From positions 11,400,841 through 11,464,840 of the forward strand of contig CM119271.1 of the NCBI GenBank assembly GCA_051294375.1: DNA of 64,000 nt, in the 5' to 3' direction. The notes beneath the pieces were generated by a model. The model did not search any database and was not told the DNA's origin. It saw nothing but the letters and a program-made list of their open reading frames with translations. Positions 1-12,748 of this stretch are shown here, piece after piece; the stretch's first letter is position 1, and the number at the start of each line of letters is the position of its first letter. Source of the stretch: Paraspadella gotoi. Lineage: Eukaryota; Animalia; Chaetognatha. The position numbers and the translations under genes were made by a program.

Positions 1-19
1 TAATAATGACCTATTGAGT

Positions 20-32
20 TGAGGCAGAGGAA

Positions 33-89
<57 letters not shown>

Positions 90-172
90 GAGAGAGATGG
101 GGAGTTAAATAAAATAAAGTTCCAAAATAGAAAATGAAAGACAGACAGAATGACAGGAAGAAACAGCGAAAG

Positions 173-240
<68 letters not shown>

Positions 241-580
241 AGAGTTAAAATAAATAAAGTTCAAAAATAGAAATGAAAGACAGACAGAATGACAGAGAGA
301 AACAGCGAAAGCAAGAGAAGAGAGAGAGAAAAGAGAGAGAAGAGAGAAGAGAGAGAGAGAGAGAGAAGAGAGAGAAGAAGAGAGAAGAGAGAGAGATTGA
401 GAGTTAAATAAATAAAGTTACAAAAATAGAAAATGAAAGACAGACAGAATGAAGAAGAAACAGCGAAAGCGAAAAGAGAAGGTAGAGAGAGAGAGAGAGA
501 AAGAGAAGGAGTACGAGAGAGAAGAGAGATAACAGGACGAGACGAAGAGATTAAAGAGAATGAGAGAGAGAAGAGATTGA
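20..580. repeat. Composite minisatellite: ~75-bp unit (gagttaaataaaataaagtt...gacagacagaatga...aacagcgaaagc) x3, interleaved with (GA)n
   Basis: The unit recurs at about 102, 242 and 401, with GA microsatellite between copies. Confidence 0.85.
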
Positions 581-1167
581 CGTGTATGTTAGGATGTTCC
601 TGATAACCTGATATAATTTTTTAGGAAATTCGCTATAACCGTTAAAACTAACATTATTTAACGGTATAACACACGTTTAAAGATATCGGTTTAATTTATA
701 ATTCAATCTTATATATTATAAAAATTATTAAGAGTGTGTTAGAAACAAAATAAAAGATAAATTAATAAATGGATAATTTTCTTCTTTAAACTACTGGCTC
801 TTTGAATGCTTTCTGCTATCAAAGACTTTGAAACAGAGTCGACATTGGTCTATTTTTATGATCAGTAATAAAAGTGTGTTGTTGTTAACCCAAAAACACA
901 ATTTTATTCTATAATGAGTAATCTCATACACACAACCGAAACTCGAAAGATACCATCCAAAATCTCTAATTCTCAATATGTTGTTTTCTCTTTCTCTCTT
1001 CTTGGCCTTTCTCTTTCCTCTTTCCCTCTACTCTCTTTGTCCCTATCCCATTTTTTTTTTTTTACGACTGCAACCAGCAACGAGCAAGGGTTCCACCTAG
1101 AAGGAAAACGAGCGAACTACAGTCTCGAGCACTGGCGCCACCCAGAAGGCTCTGGGCTCGTGTTCCA

Positions 1168-1231
<64 letters not shown>

Positions 1232-2375
1232 ACGTAGAGAGAGCTTTTCTCCTTTTTTTATCTCCTCTTCCTCTTTCTTCGCTCTTCCTCCTCTCCTTGG
1301 GTCACGCCCTCCTCCTCCTCTTCCTTCTCCTTTTCCTCCGTGGCGCGTGCGCTTTTCTTTTCCTCGATACATCACCCACCACGTCGCATCTCCCGTGCAA
1401 CTGTGGACCAGAAGAGAAAAAAAGATACTGTGCCCACGGCCAAAGTAGGTATACTTGTTGGGCTTTGGGGCGGAGGGTAGAATTGAATATTTTTAAATAT
1501 ATTATAATCGTAAGAATTTGAATATTTTTTTTATAAGGGGATGAAAACGAAACTAAGGTTGTTATTAAGGCATGGTGTGGCCCTTGATGCAAGATCTTTT
1601 TTCTCGCTCTCTCAAAATCTCCTCTGTATTGATTTTTATAGCGGAAGAAAAAAAAAAGATAGGTGGAGAGAGACAGAGAGGGAGTGCCTAGATAAAAAGA
1701 AGACGACCGAGCCTGAGAGCCCGCGAGCCTGCGAGCGTCCAAGGGTCAAGTGTTTAAAAAAACGTTTTTGCCGCGAAAGAAAAAAGCCACTTTAACCCGG
1801 GAGTGTCTTTTGTTTGCGCCGCGCTGCTTCCCTCTATCGATTCCTAGGGTAAACTAAACAATATCCACAAAAACAATAACAAGCGAACGAGTACACAAAA
1901 TCCCAAATAAAAAAATAAATAGTTACTGTATCAAAACTAATCTCAAAACGCGCATAGCAGAAAGTTTACAGCTCGAAAAATCTTTAGCGCGCGTTTTTTT
2001 CGAATTAAGGAAAAACAAAACGCTATTAACATCGTGATTCTTTTCGCTCGTTCCGAAACCAACTACCGATTTTCGAATCCGTATCCTCATTCGACCGAGA
2101 ACTCGGCGTCCGTAGATAGGATGGTTTCAAGAAAAGTTTATTAAAAGGACGGACTCTTAAGAAGGTTAGAGTCGAGAGATGCGCTCAATGATCGCAGAAA
2201 ATGCAGGCGACGATGATGGAGGCGAATGCAGTCAGTGTTCGCGGGGAAAATGTCGAAAGAAGTTACGTTATAAGCTATGGATAGTTCGCAGACTCCGTAA
2301 ACCAAATATAAAGAAAGGGAAAGAGAGAGAGAGTGACTACCATCTCCCTCTATTCCAGGGGACGCTTTTCCCAAA

Positions 2376-2564
2376 ATGCTCCGGTTCGCCTCTCGGCTTT
2401 TGCCCCAGTCGGCGTGGCCAATCGGGATAATTCAAGATGCACTTCCCTGCGCATCGAACGCTCTCTTGGCTTCCAAGTTTAGGTGAATTCAAGTCTGGAG
2501 AATCAGTTTGTCTTATCGTCATTGTCCGTCTGTCCTTTCGTTCGTTAGCTTTTCTTTTGACATA

Positions 2565-2656
<92 letters not shown>

Positions 2657-5600
2657 CTTTTCAGTAAGTAGACAGGGATTTCTCCATGAAACCAAAGTAG
2701 ATTTTATTTCAGTTTATTATTATCTTTATTTTCATCACATTAATAATCGCTATTTATATTTTTATTTTTTCCGAGCAATACCTTCTTTCGATGTTCACTT
2801 TTTCTTGACTTTTCCGCACAACTAGCGCCTCTCGCGCCCGATTTTCTAGCGATCTTTTGTTTTTCTTTTCTCCTCTTCAGCACAAGCAGCGCCGCCCGCT
2901 CCAAGATGGACAGCGACGACGTGGGATTCTTCGAGATGGTGGAGGGATTCTTCGACAAGGCGGCCGCGATCATGGAGGACCAGTTGGTCACCGAGGTAAC
3001 GTTGGATCCACGAGGAACTTTGGAGCGCGTCGTCGTCGTCGTTATCGTCGTCGTTGTCTTCTTTTCAATCCGGGGTTCTTTTGAAAATAAAAAAACATTA
3101 AAATTAAACGATTCAAGAACAGAAATGTAACAACTTTTAAAAACTTTTAAAAATTTTAACGCCAAACGATTTCAAATATATCGGTTTTACCGATATTAAA
3201 ACGCAACAAAAAATTGTAAAATTTCATGGGTATAGTAAGTAAATCGCTAAAGAGTTAAGGCGATTTTCAAAAAAAAAATCTCACGTTACTAAGTCCAAAG
3301 TTTAAGCTTAAATACACAATAGTCTATTTATCGAACGAAAAAATAATTTTTACACAGGTGGCACCAATTTAATTAATCTCTTAACGTTATGCTAACAACA
3401 ATTACGTTATAAAACTCGCTGCATGACCCTTGGCCCAACCATCTCCCTTTTAGGTGAAGGGTCGAATGACAAAGGAAGAGAAGAGAAAGAAAGTTCAAGG
3501 AATTCTCAAGGTCATCAAACCCTGCGACACAATCCTCGCCCTCTCGTTTCCCTTTCGACGAGACAACGGAGAGTACGAGGTCGTCAAGGCATGGAGGGCG
3601 CAGCATTCACATCACAGGACGCCCTGCAAAGGAGGTGAGACAGAGAGAGAGCGCAGCATTCGCATCACCGGACAAAGGAGGTGAAGAGAATTGGGCACAA
3701 TAGACAGGATTGCTAACTGCGGACGTCATGCAAAGGAGTTTAAGAGGCAGGGGCAGTTTCCAGTTCCGACAAAGGCGAACTTTAAGATAGACTGGCGCTA
3801 AAAACTATTGCAAAAACACAAAAAATGTCTTAATTTTTTGTCCACCTTTCCTACATTCCTCTATTGTCTCTGCTTGTAACGTGCAAGCCCCTTCAAGCCG
3901 GTGTGAGCCCGTGCTTGGTAATATAACTCGCATAAAGTTGACGAAATTTTCTCGCAAGTAAATTTCGGTCAACCGCGCGTGCGCAGAAAGTCCCAAAACC
4001 AAAGTCGTCATCTTCTCATGGTCTCTCTAAATCTCCCCCGCTCCACCAACTCGTCTCCAGGCATCCGCTACAGCGACGACGTCAACGAGGACGAGGTCAA
4101 AGCCCTCTCCGCTCTAATGACCTTCAAATGCTCCTGCGTCGACGTGCCCTTCGGCGGCGGGAAGGCCGGCGTCAAGATCAACCCGAAAAATTATTCGGAT
4201 CGAGAGATCGAGAAGATTACGAGACGATTGTCGTTGGAGTTGGCGAAGAAGGGGTTTATCGGTTGAGAGAGGGCTGAAGGAGAGAGAGAGAAAGGAGGAG
4301 AGAGAGAGAGAGGATGAAGAGAGAGAGAGAGAGATAGAGAGAGAGAAATCAAAATATCTAATATTTATAAGTCATTACTAATTCTTAGTATCAATTTTGA
4401 TAGACAGATCTCAAGAATAATTATTGAAGGATAAGTTTGGAAAGTAAGTGTACAGATTAACGCTGCAGAGCGGTCTTATTATAAAACCAGGAGCGAACAA
4501 ATGCTCTTTTGCAGATAAACACTGCTCTTAAGAAAGAATCTTTACCGATATCAGTTTTCGCGATGGTTTTATCAGAGGAAGCGGCAGCTTGGAATTAATT
4601 TTAGAATTTGAGGAATTTTATTTCTTTTTGGTTTTTTATTATAAACTTATACTTTCTTTTGCTGCCTCAGCCTAAAATGCCTACAAATGTAAGAATATGA
4701 AATTCAAAATTCTCTCTCTTTTTCATTGAATTTTGATAATAATTCTTTGTTTAGGTTGAACTTCTCCCTTTCCTACCTAAAATATAGTAAATAATTTGTT
4801 CTACATTCGGCTTTTAAGGTTTTAGGGCTGCTAGAGGTTAATGACGCCGCAATTTTATCAATATTTGGGCTATATTTGGGCGGCATAAAGAACATTCAAC
4901 ATTTTAGCTAATTGATAAATAAATTAGTAATGCGCGAATTAAACCCCCGGTTTGAGCCTGGCACACCAAGCCTGGATGAAAATCGAACTGGGTAACATTA
5001 AAAATTAAATTCAGTAGCGACGCTAAGTGTTCTACACGGCGGAGCACTGATTCGTTGCGACGCTAAGTGTTTGACACGGCGAGCATCGAAGCCGTTGTGA
5101 CGTTAAGTGTTTTACCACGACGGGCACCGGATAGTTAAAAATATTTTTGCTGACGGAACGTACGAAACATACCGTGCGACGACCGCAAAAATTCAGTCGG
5201 ATTAGCTTTTTTCTGCCGACGGACGACCGAACATACCGCCGACGACGGCAGAAAATCCGTGAGTGGGGTTTTAAATTTAAAATTTCACGTCGTCACGTCG
5301 TAAAGTCGTGAAGATGGAGGATTCTGGATTCGTCTTCTGCCAAATTCAGAATCCAGAGAGGATCACCATTCATATTAGAGAAAACATCGTCTTTTTTCCT
5401 GGTTGGAGGTGAGGACGAGGGTTAGCCCAAGTGGATTCCCAACAGCGCTGAAGACATGTTTTGGCTGGACTTTAAATGAGAAGACAAATGAGAACACGGA
5501 CACAGGATGACCAGATAAATTGCTGCTCTACTTCACCTGAGTTTGAGAAACTCTAATATTTAATAACTACCATGTTTCCAACATGATTATATTATTATGA

Positions 5601-8600
5601 GGTGACGACAGGTATTATTCCGAGGTGAGTCACCCCATCTGCCCAAGATCAGTATGCCAAACAGCAGCTGGAAAAGGGTATTTAAATTTAACAATGAAAC
5701 TGGCCATTGTAGTGCTCTGACTCCATGGAAAAAAAGGAGAGAGGAGACGGCCAAAATTTTTAAAAAATTCATTTCGGCGACAACAGAAAACGCAAAACAA
5801 GCAAAAAAGTTGTCGCAGAAATTGGCAAAAGATCCTGTTCTAAAAGAGAGGAGTTTTTTGCTAACCATAGAAAAAGGCTATCAAAGTTAGCCACAAAGAA
5901 AATAGAAGTAGAGGAGTTAGGAAGAGAGTCTTCCTGAGTCCACTACACATGTTACCAGAGCAGTCAAACCCAGAAAGTTAAGGGTCTGTCAAAGATGCTG
6001 CTTCTAAAGTTAAAGGCACATCTTTATATGACTTCTCATCCCAGGTCCAGATAATCTTACACCACTTTGGGAATCCTGATGAATTTCATCAGAAGAAAAT
6101 ATTAAAAGCATTTTTCCTCAAACTAGATAAATGCATAATTTGGAGGCAGAAAATCACTCCACCAAATAAAATGCAATCCGGAAGCTGGGCAAATCCACTT
6201 CCGGAACAAAAAAAGGGGGGAAGAAAACTCCTTATGTGGATAAAACAATTAAAACATTTACCCTGAACACAAACAAACAGAAGAACAAACAATGACAACC
6301 CTCAAAGACAAAGCCGACGGTGAGCAGAATCTCCTACCAATCCGGAGAGCGAATCCCAAAGGAAGACGAGTTTGTATTTCGATTCCGACCCCAAAGCAGA
6401 GCTTTGACCTGCAATTCCAAGCCTCTTATTAAATTCAAACCAACGCCAGGTGTGAATCGGGACCATCCAACCGGGGAGAATCGCATTCCAAGGGCCCCGA
6501 GATGACGGAGAAACAAAGGCGGAGTTTGGAGCTGTTGCTTTATCTCAGGGATGGGACTTTGCCAATTAAAGGGCAGAAATCCTTGTTACCCTGGGAGGAG
6601 CTAATATCCTTGTCGACAAAGGGGGGAGTCTAAAACTGCCATTTTTGTGGAAACTAATTAAAATCAAGATCAAGATGCGCCAGATTGAAATATTTAAAAT
6701 AATACTAAACAGACCCCTCAGCCAGACGTTAAATTTTTAATTACTCAAACGAGTTGGAGTGCGGGAGGTGTACAGAATTAACGCTTGGCAGAGGCGGTCT
6801 TATTATAAAAACCGGATGCGAACAAATGCTCTTTTGAGATAAATAACACTGCTCTTTAGAAAGGAATCTTTACCGATATCAGGTTCGCGATGGTTTTATC
6901 AGAGGAAGCGGCAGCTTGGGAATTAATTTTAGGAATTTGAGGAATTTAATTTCTTTTTGGTTTTTTTTATTATAAACTATACTTTCTTTTTGCTGCCTCA
7001 AGCCCTAAAATGCCTACAAATGTTAAGAAATGAAATTCAAATTCTCTCTCTTTTTCAGTGAATTTGATAATAATCTTTTGTTTAGCGTTTGAACTTCTCC
7101 TTTCTACTAAAATATAGTAAATAATTTGTTTCTTAGCATTCCGGCTTTTTTAAGGTTTTAGGGCTGCTAAGAGGTTAATGACGGCCAATCTTTATCAATA
7201 TTTGGGCTTATTTGGGCGATAAAGAACAGGTAAGTGAGAAATTAAACAGGACAGGGGTAAGATAAGTCAGACCATTTCTCAAACTTTACCCAAAAAAATT
7301 GGGTCGGTGAACCAAGTCGCCCCGTAAAATCGCTTCCCCGCCTACTCTTAGCCCCGGGATCGGACGTGCCCGCCCCCGACATGGAACAGAGCGAGAAAGG
7401 AGATTGGCGTGGATCTGCGACCACTTTTAAAAAAGCACCGTGCGCCCATTTGGACATCAATGCCCATCGCTTGCTAATCACGGATGTGAGCGGATGGCCA
7501 GAGTAGGCGGGGCGGAAATTTGTTTAAGATTTGAGGTTTAGAGAGGATTGGCCGTGGTATATGTTCGTTTTTGGATTACGGTGTTTTTTTTTTTATTTCA
7601 AAATCTAGCAGAAAAGACGATGAACAAATTGTTATTTTGAAACAACGAATATATAGTTATTTTTAACAGACATGTTTCGACTTTGCTTTCAAGTCTTCCA
7701 TACAACGTATTTATCAGTTTATGCAGTTTATCAGTTTACAGTTTAAACAAATCGTGTCTCAAAATCAAAGTTCGTACTTTTGACTCAGTCAAATTAACAC
7801 AACGAAAACGCTATTTTCAAAAACTTTAAGTTATGTTGACAGTGAATCCGTCAGACAGTTAGCTAAGCTCCTTCATTTCACGAGAATAAACGTCGCTCAG
7901 GATTTTCACCGATCTTCCTCATCTTTCCTACGGTATCATTTTTTCCCTCTCAACCCCTCTGCCCCTGGCCCCTTCCTCTCGCCAACCCCCTGGCCCCTCC
8001 TCTCCAGGCAAGCCCATCTTCTCAGGGCGGAATCCACGGTCGAGTCTCCGCAACGGGTCGTGGCGTGTTCCACGGCGTCGAGAACTTCATCGACGAAGAA
8101 GCTTACATGTCGATGATCGGTCTCAAACCGGGATTCAAAGACAAGACGTTTATTTGTCAAGGTTTGAAGGAAGTTTACTTGGGTACCTGCAAAACAAAGG
8201 GGTTTGGCGGCAGTAATTTTTCAAACGGACCAACCGACCAACTGACGACTACACTTGTAAAGTTGCTTCAACATGCTATTACTAGTATTTAAGAACTACG
8301 CGAGTATCTCGGAGGAAAATTGGTATTAACCAAATACTTTGGCTTTATTGTATGAATGCGAGCAATCCGTTCCTGGTCTCAAACAATTGTAATACGAATT
8401 AACATGATTGTTATCAAAGAAATAAAGAATAAAATAAAGCTAATAGCATATTTAATACAGATTTACATTGTCAGAGTAAGTGTTTTTCTTACTCTATCCA
8501 ATGCAGTAGACCGAAAACCCTTAAATTTTTATCACATTTTGAATATGCCAGATTGTATGCTATATGCCAGATCGTTTTTTGACTGGCTAAACGGTCTGAA

Positions 8601-9656
8601 GTTATGCCAAATCTGGCACACAGTATGCTAAGTTTTAACCAGAGCATGCCACATCATGTTTATACTCTCTAAACGGTGTGAAATTAGGCTCTTTCTGGCA
8701 CACAGTTGGTGAATCACCCATTGTCGATTTTGATACCTTTCGGGATGTCATGAAATAAAAAGACATGATTAAAATTCCCAGGCTTCGGCAACGTTGGTCT
8801 TCATTCGTGCCGGTATTTCCATCGCGCCGGATGCAAGTTGATCGGCGTCGCGGAATGGGATGGTTCCATCTACAACAAGAACGGCATCGACCCGAAAGAA
8901 TTGGAGGTTTATGATTTTTTCTAATGCGCAAGGGAAATGATAACGTTCAAAACTGCAATATGCAAATAAGAGTTTTAAAACTGCGTCGATTGGCGAAAAA
9001 TAAACTTAGGATTTCTACTCGGTTTCGTTCCTTGTTTCGATTCCTTGAACAGATTCGTTTGTGAATGTATGATTAGTGTTAACTTACGTTAACGATTTTG
9101 TTTTTAGTTTAAGTGTATCATTAACTCATTGAATAATGATATCATTAATTTCTTTCTCGTCAGAACTACGTCCTCGAAAAGGGGTCGATCGTGGATTCCC
9201 AAAGCTGAGGCTACAAGGGCGAGTCCTTTTCGTTCGGCAATGCGACATCCTATACCCGCCGCCTCGAAAGCAGATCACGTCCGCCAACGGCTAACAAGAT
9301 TAAGCCAAGGTTTTTCTTTTTTTATCTTCGATCTCATCACATTTCCGTCGGTTAATTATTTGGTCGAGGAATCCGTCGGCGGATCTCTCCGTCTGTCGTC
9401 TCTCCGTCTGTCCATTCGTCGATAACTAGTAGCGTGGAGTTGTGTCCGTTGGTTGTTCGAATTTTCGTGGTCTTCTTCTTGTAATGTTATCCGTCCCCGT
9501 TTTACGTTTAATCCGTCTTCTGTCTATCGTTTTCAGTAACTGTATATCTTTTTATTTTCATTTATCAATTTAAATCTGCTATACGTCATCAGAATAACTC
9601 GTCCAGTCGACGACGATAACAGCAAACAGCGACTCCATCCAACTCATCAAACTTTC

Positions 9657-9689
<33 letters not shown>

Positions 9690-10796
9690 TCTCCATCTCT
9701 CCTCTCTCTCTCTCTCTCTCTTCTCGTTCTTCCTCTCAGATCATCGGCGAAGGAGCAAACGTCCACGACTCCAGCAGCTGACAGATCTCATCAAGAACAA
9801 AGTCCTCGTCATTCCGCGATCTCTACATCAATGCTGGAGGAGTCACCGTCTCTTCTTTCGAGTGGCTCAAAGAATCTTCAACACGTTTCCTACGGAAAGA
9901 CTCACCTCAAATACGAACGGGACTCCAACTACCATTGCTGGTGAGGGAATAAAGGGGCGGTTAATCAGGGGAAAGGAGGGGAGCGTTGTCGTTATTTATT
10001 TTTAACTCTATAAGTCTTTTCGGATCGTCGGTGGTCCGTCGGTCCGTCGGTATGTTCTGTCCGTCGGTCTGTCCTACTCACGGTTAAAATGCATATAATT
10101 TGCCTGTATTGTTGCCTTTTCAAAGAAAAACAACCTAAATCTATAGGGACCTGCTAGCGGCCTCCTTCAGGAAATCCTAAAATTAAAAAGAAAATAAAAG
10201 AGAATTTTTGAAGTGCAGTGCTTGTCATAAAATAATAAACGGGCTAGAGAAAAGTATTGTCGTCATGTCATGTCATGTCACGAGAAAAACCAATGATAAG
10301 GCAGCTTACTGCGTCGGCAACACATTTGAATTACCTTTCTTTATATTTAAATAAAGTCGGTTATTGCTTTGTTGGTATTGTAATTTTTGTTAATTAAATT
10401 AATTAAAATTAATTAATTAAATTATTGTTAAATTATTAAATTAATTGTTTGTTGTGAGATTGTTAAATACTATTGCCCATATCGCTCTCTTTTGGTCTCT
10501 TGCTCGTCCTCTTTCTCTTTTGGTAAAATTATCTCTCTCCAGAATAACCGAAAAATTGGCACAAAGAAACAATGCACTTGTGGTCTTGTCACCGTAGTCT
10601 TTCAGTCGTCGCTGCTGTTATTGTTTTCTGTTCCTGTTTTGTTCTGTTTTGTTCCGTACCGAACGTTATTCTTTTGTTTGTTTTTTTTGTTTTTTTCAGA
10701 ATCGGTGCAACAATCGTTGGAGAGAAAATTCGGGAAAGAGAAAGGATCGATTCCGGTTCAACCTTCGCCAGAATTTCAGGCTCGCATCGCGGTAAG

Positions 10797-10848
<52 letters not shown>

Positions 10849-11400
10849 TCTCTCTCTCTCTCTCTTCTCTTATTTCCGCGATTGTTTACCTTTTGTTTTC
10901 ACCTTTTTCTCGCCAGGGTGCGTCGGAAAAGGACATCGTCCACTCGGGTTTAGCCTTTACGATGGAACGAAGCGCAAAGGTAAATAATTTCTAATATTCC
11001 CTTTTGTTTCGTCACAACAAATATTTTGTTTCGTTCCGTTTTTGTTCTTGTTTCGTTTTTTACATCTGTTTTCTTTTTCTTTTTCAAAGGCGATAATGAA
11101 AACAGCGACCAAGTATAACCTGGGAATCGATCTAAGGACGGCCGCCTACATTAACTCGATCGAGAAAATCTTCAAGGTGATTTATGTTTTTCTACTTTTT
11201 TTTTTGGTTATAAAAATTAAATAAAATCCCCTAAATCGTAAGCACTGTATTAAGAATTGAACGCCGAAATTCTTACTGAATTAAAATCCCCGCAACTTAG
11301 TACGTTGCTTTCTACAAGCTTCGTACAAGCTTTGTACAAGCTTTCTATTTATCCCTCCCGTTTCCAGTGTATGGAGGATTCCGGTATCGTTCTATCGTGA
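2376..11400 (+). CDS. GLUD1: Glutamate dehydrogenase, mitochondrial (animal type with antenna), 13 coding exons
   Basis: Exons: 2376-2482, 2881-2995, 3454-3634, 4061-4261, 7352-~7482, 8008-8161, 8782-8906, 9164-9309, 9740-9940, 10700-10791, 10917-10979, 11090-11176, 11368-11400. Introns are GT-AG with compatible phases (the exon 5 donor is garbled). Exons 1-2 give a transit-like peptide [10 protein letters not shown]...[10 protein letters not shown]. Motifs: [42 protein letters not shown], antenna [23 protein letters not shown]. Frameshifts in exons 5, 6, 8 and 9 look like sequencing indels. Confidence 0.95.
2564..2656. repeat. (ATT)n microsatellite in GDH intron 1
   Basis: Perfect trinucleotide run; it explains the poly-Ile ORF at 2508-2825. 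Confidence 0.95.
4449..7228 (+). mobile_element. Non-autonomous LTR retroelement (TRIM/LARD-like) in GDH intron 4
   Basis: Direct repeats 4449-4894 and 6769-7228 both run TG...CA. GTAAG flanks the element at 4444-4448 and 7230-7234 (target-site duplication with one extra G). A purine-rich tract gagttggagtgcgggagg sits just before the 3' LTR. No recognisable pol ORF and no obvious PBS. Confidence 0.8.
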
Positions 11401-12748
11401 CGAACGTTACGCGATTAGGTTCAATAGAAGAAACGCCGCCACCCCCGTCTCTTTCTCCCTGTTCCATCGTCCGTGTGTAGCAAGCAGACACTGATAGCGC
11501 CCAAGAGCAAGCAAGCATCGATGCTTGCTTCGATCTTCCATAGTCGTGGATTAATTTCGGAACTTTCTCAAAGCGATGATTATTATTTTTATTTATTTTT
11601 TTTTTTTGAAATCAATGAATAGATGAGTCCGATTTTTTTTTCTCATCAAAATATAATTTGAAATTTATTTATTTTTATCACTATGCTTAATTAGTGGGTA
11701 GTTATCTTCCTAAGTAAAAAAGGGGTTAAATTTTGGTTACATAAAAAAATACTTAAGAATTTATCTGTCTAGGATACTATTATTGCAAAAAAGACGAGTA
11801 AAAAAATTTTCCAACCAAACGTTGACTTAATGAGTCAACTTGACTTATACGCTTAGATATTTAATGTGATATGTTATTCTTTTTTAAGTTTAACACTACA
11901 CTCGCCTTGCTTTTTACTTACATCCTTACATGTTATTTATTACTTGTCATAGCGATAAAAAAAATTACACTCCTTATTGCACTATGATCACCCTTGCAAC
12001 GGACAACGAAAACAACAAGAACAACAACAACAACAACGACGACGACGACGACGAGCGATGAGCTATTGAGAATTGTGTTGGTCGTTTTCATAAAAAGATT
12101 TTTGTTGCAATACCAAGGTTGTCAATTTATTTGTTACCAGTAGCGATTCATATAGAAGCGATAATAGTCAATGCAATTTAGATATGAGCAACGACCCCTA
12201 CTTTTTATTTTCGCCGACCGGGGTTTTGGCGTCCTTTGAATAAATGAACGAACGAATTGATGAACGAAGTTGTGAACGAAAAATCCAGCTATTATACACA
12301 CTGGGGAAGTTCAGTCTTTCCGTAAAAGATTGGTTGAATTCTGCAAGCTTTTAGAGATGTAAAAAAACCGAATGCCCGATCTGTCAATCCCTGCTAAGAA
12401 AGAAAGGTTTTAGGTAAGGAAGAGCCTGAAGAGATTTGACCTAAAATGCTTTCGGGTAAGGGAAAAAGAGAGAGACAGGCGTTTGTTGAAGTGAAAAAGT
12501 GAAAAGAGAGAGAAAGAGAGAGAGAGAGAGAGGAGAGAGAGAGGAGAGGAGAGAGAGGAGAGAGAAGAGAGAGAGAGAGAGAAGAGAGAGGAGAGAGAGA
12601 GAGAGAGAAAGTCCAATGACGTCAAAATCTAATTCCCTATTATCTAAAAGGAGCCTCCATGAGAAAAAAAAAAAACACCACGGCTTCCGAATACAAATAT
12701 ATCAATAATTTAATATAAAAAAAAATTGTATAAATATTTTTGTTGCAA

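Noticed and set aside
4552-4576. Hammerhead-like CTGA...GAAA on the minus strand of the 5' LTR (retrozyme idea)
   Set aside because: The core reads CTGATAA rather than CTGANGA, there is no stem II, and GAAA is not kept in the 3' LTR.
5017-5136. CRISPR-like 40-bp periodic repeats
   Set aside because: The units are similar along their whole length, with no unique spacers, no cas genes and a eukaryotic context.
7352-9940. GDH as a pseudogene or a programmed-frameshift gene
   Set aside because: The indels are scattered single bases, differ between the two mirrored copies where they overlap, and leave amino-acid motifs intact, as expected from sequencing error.
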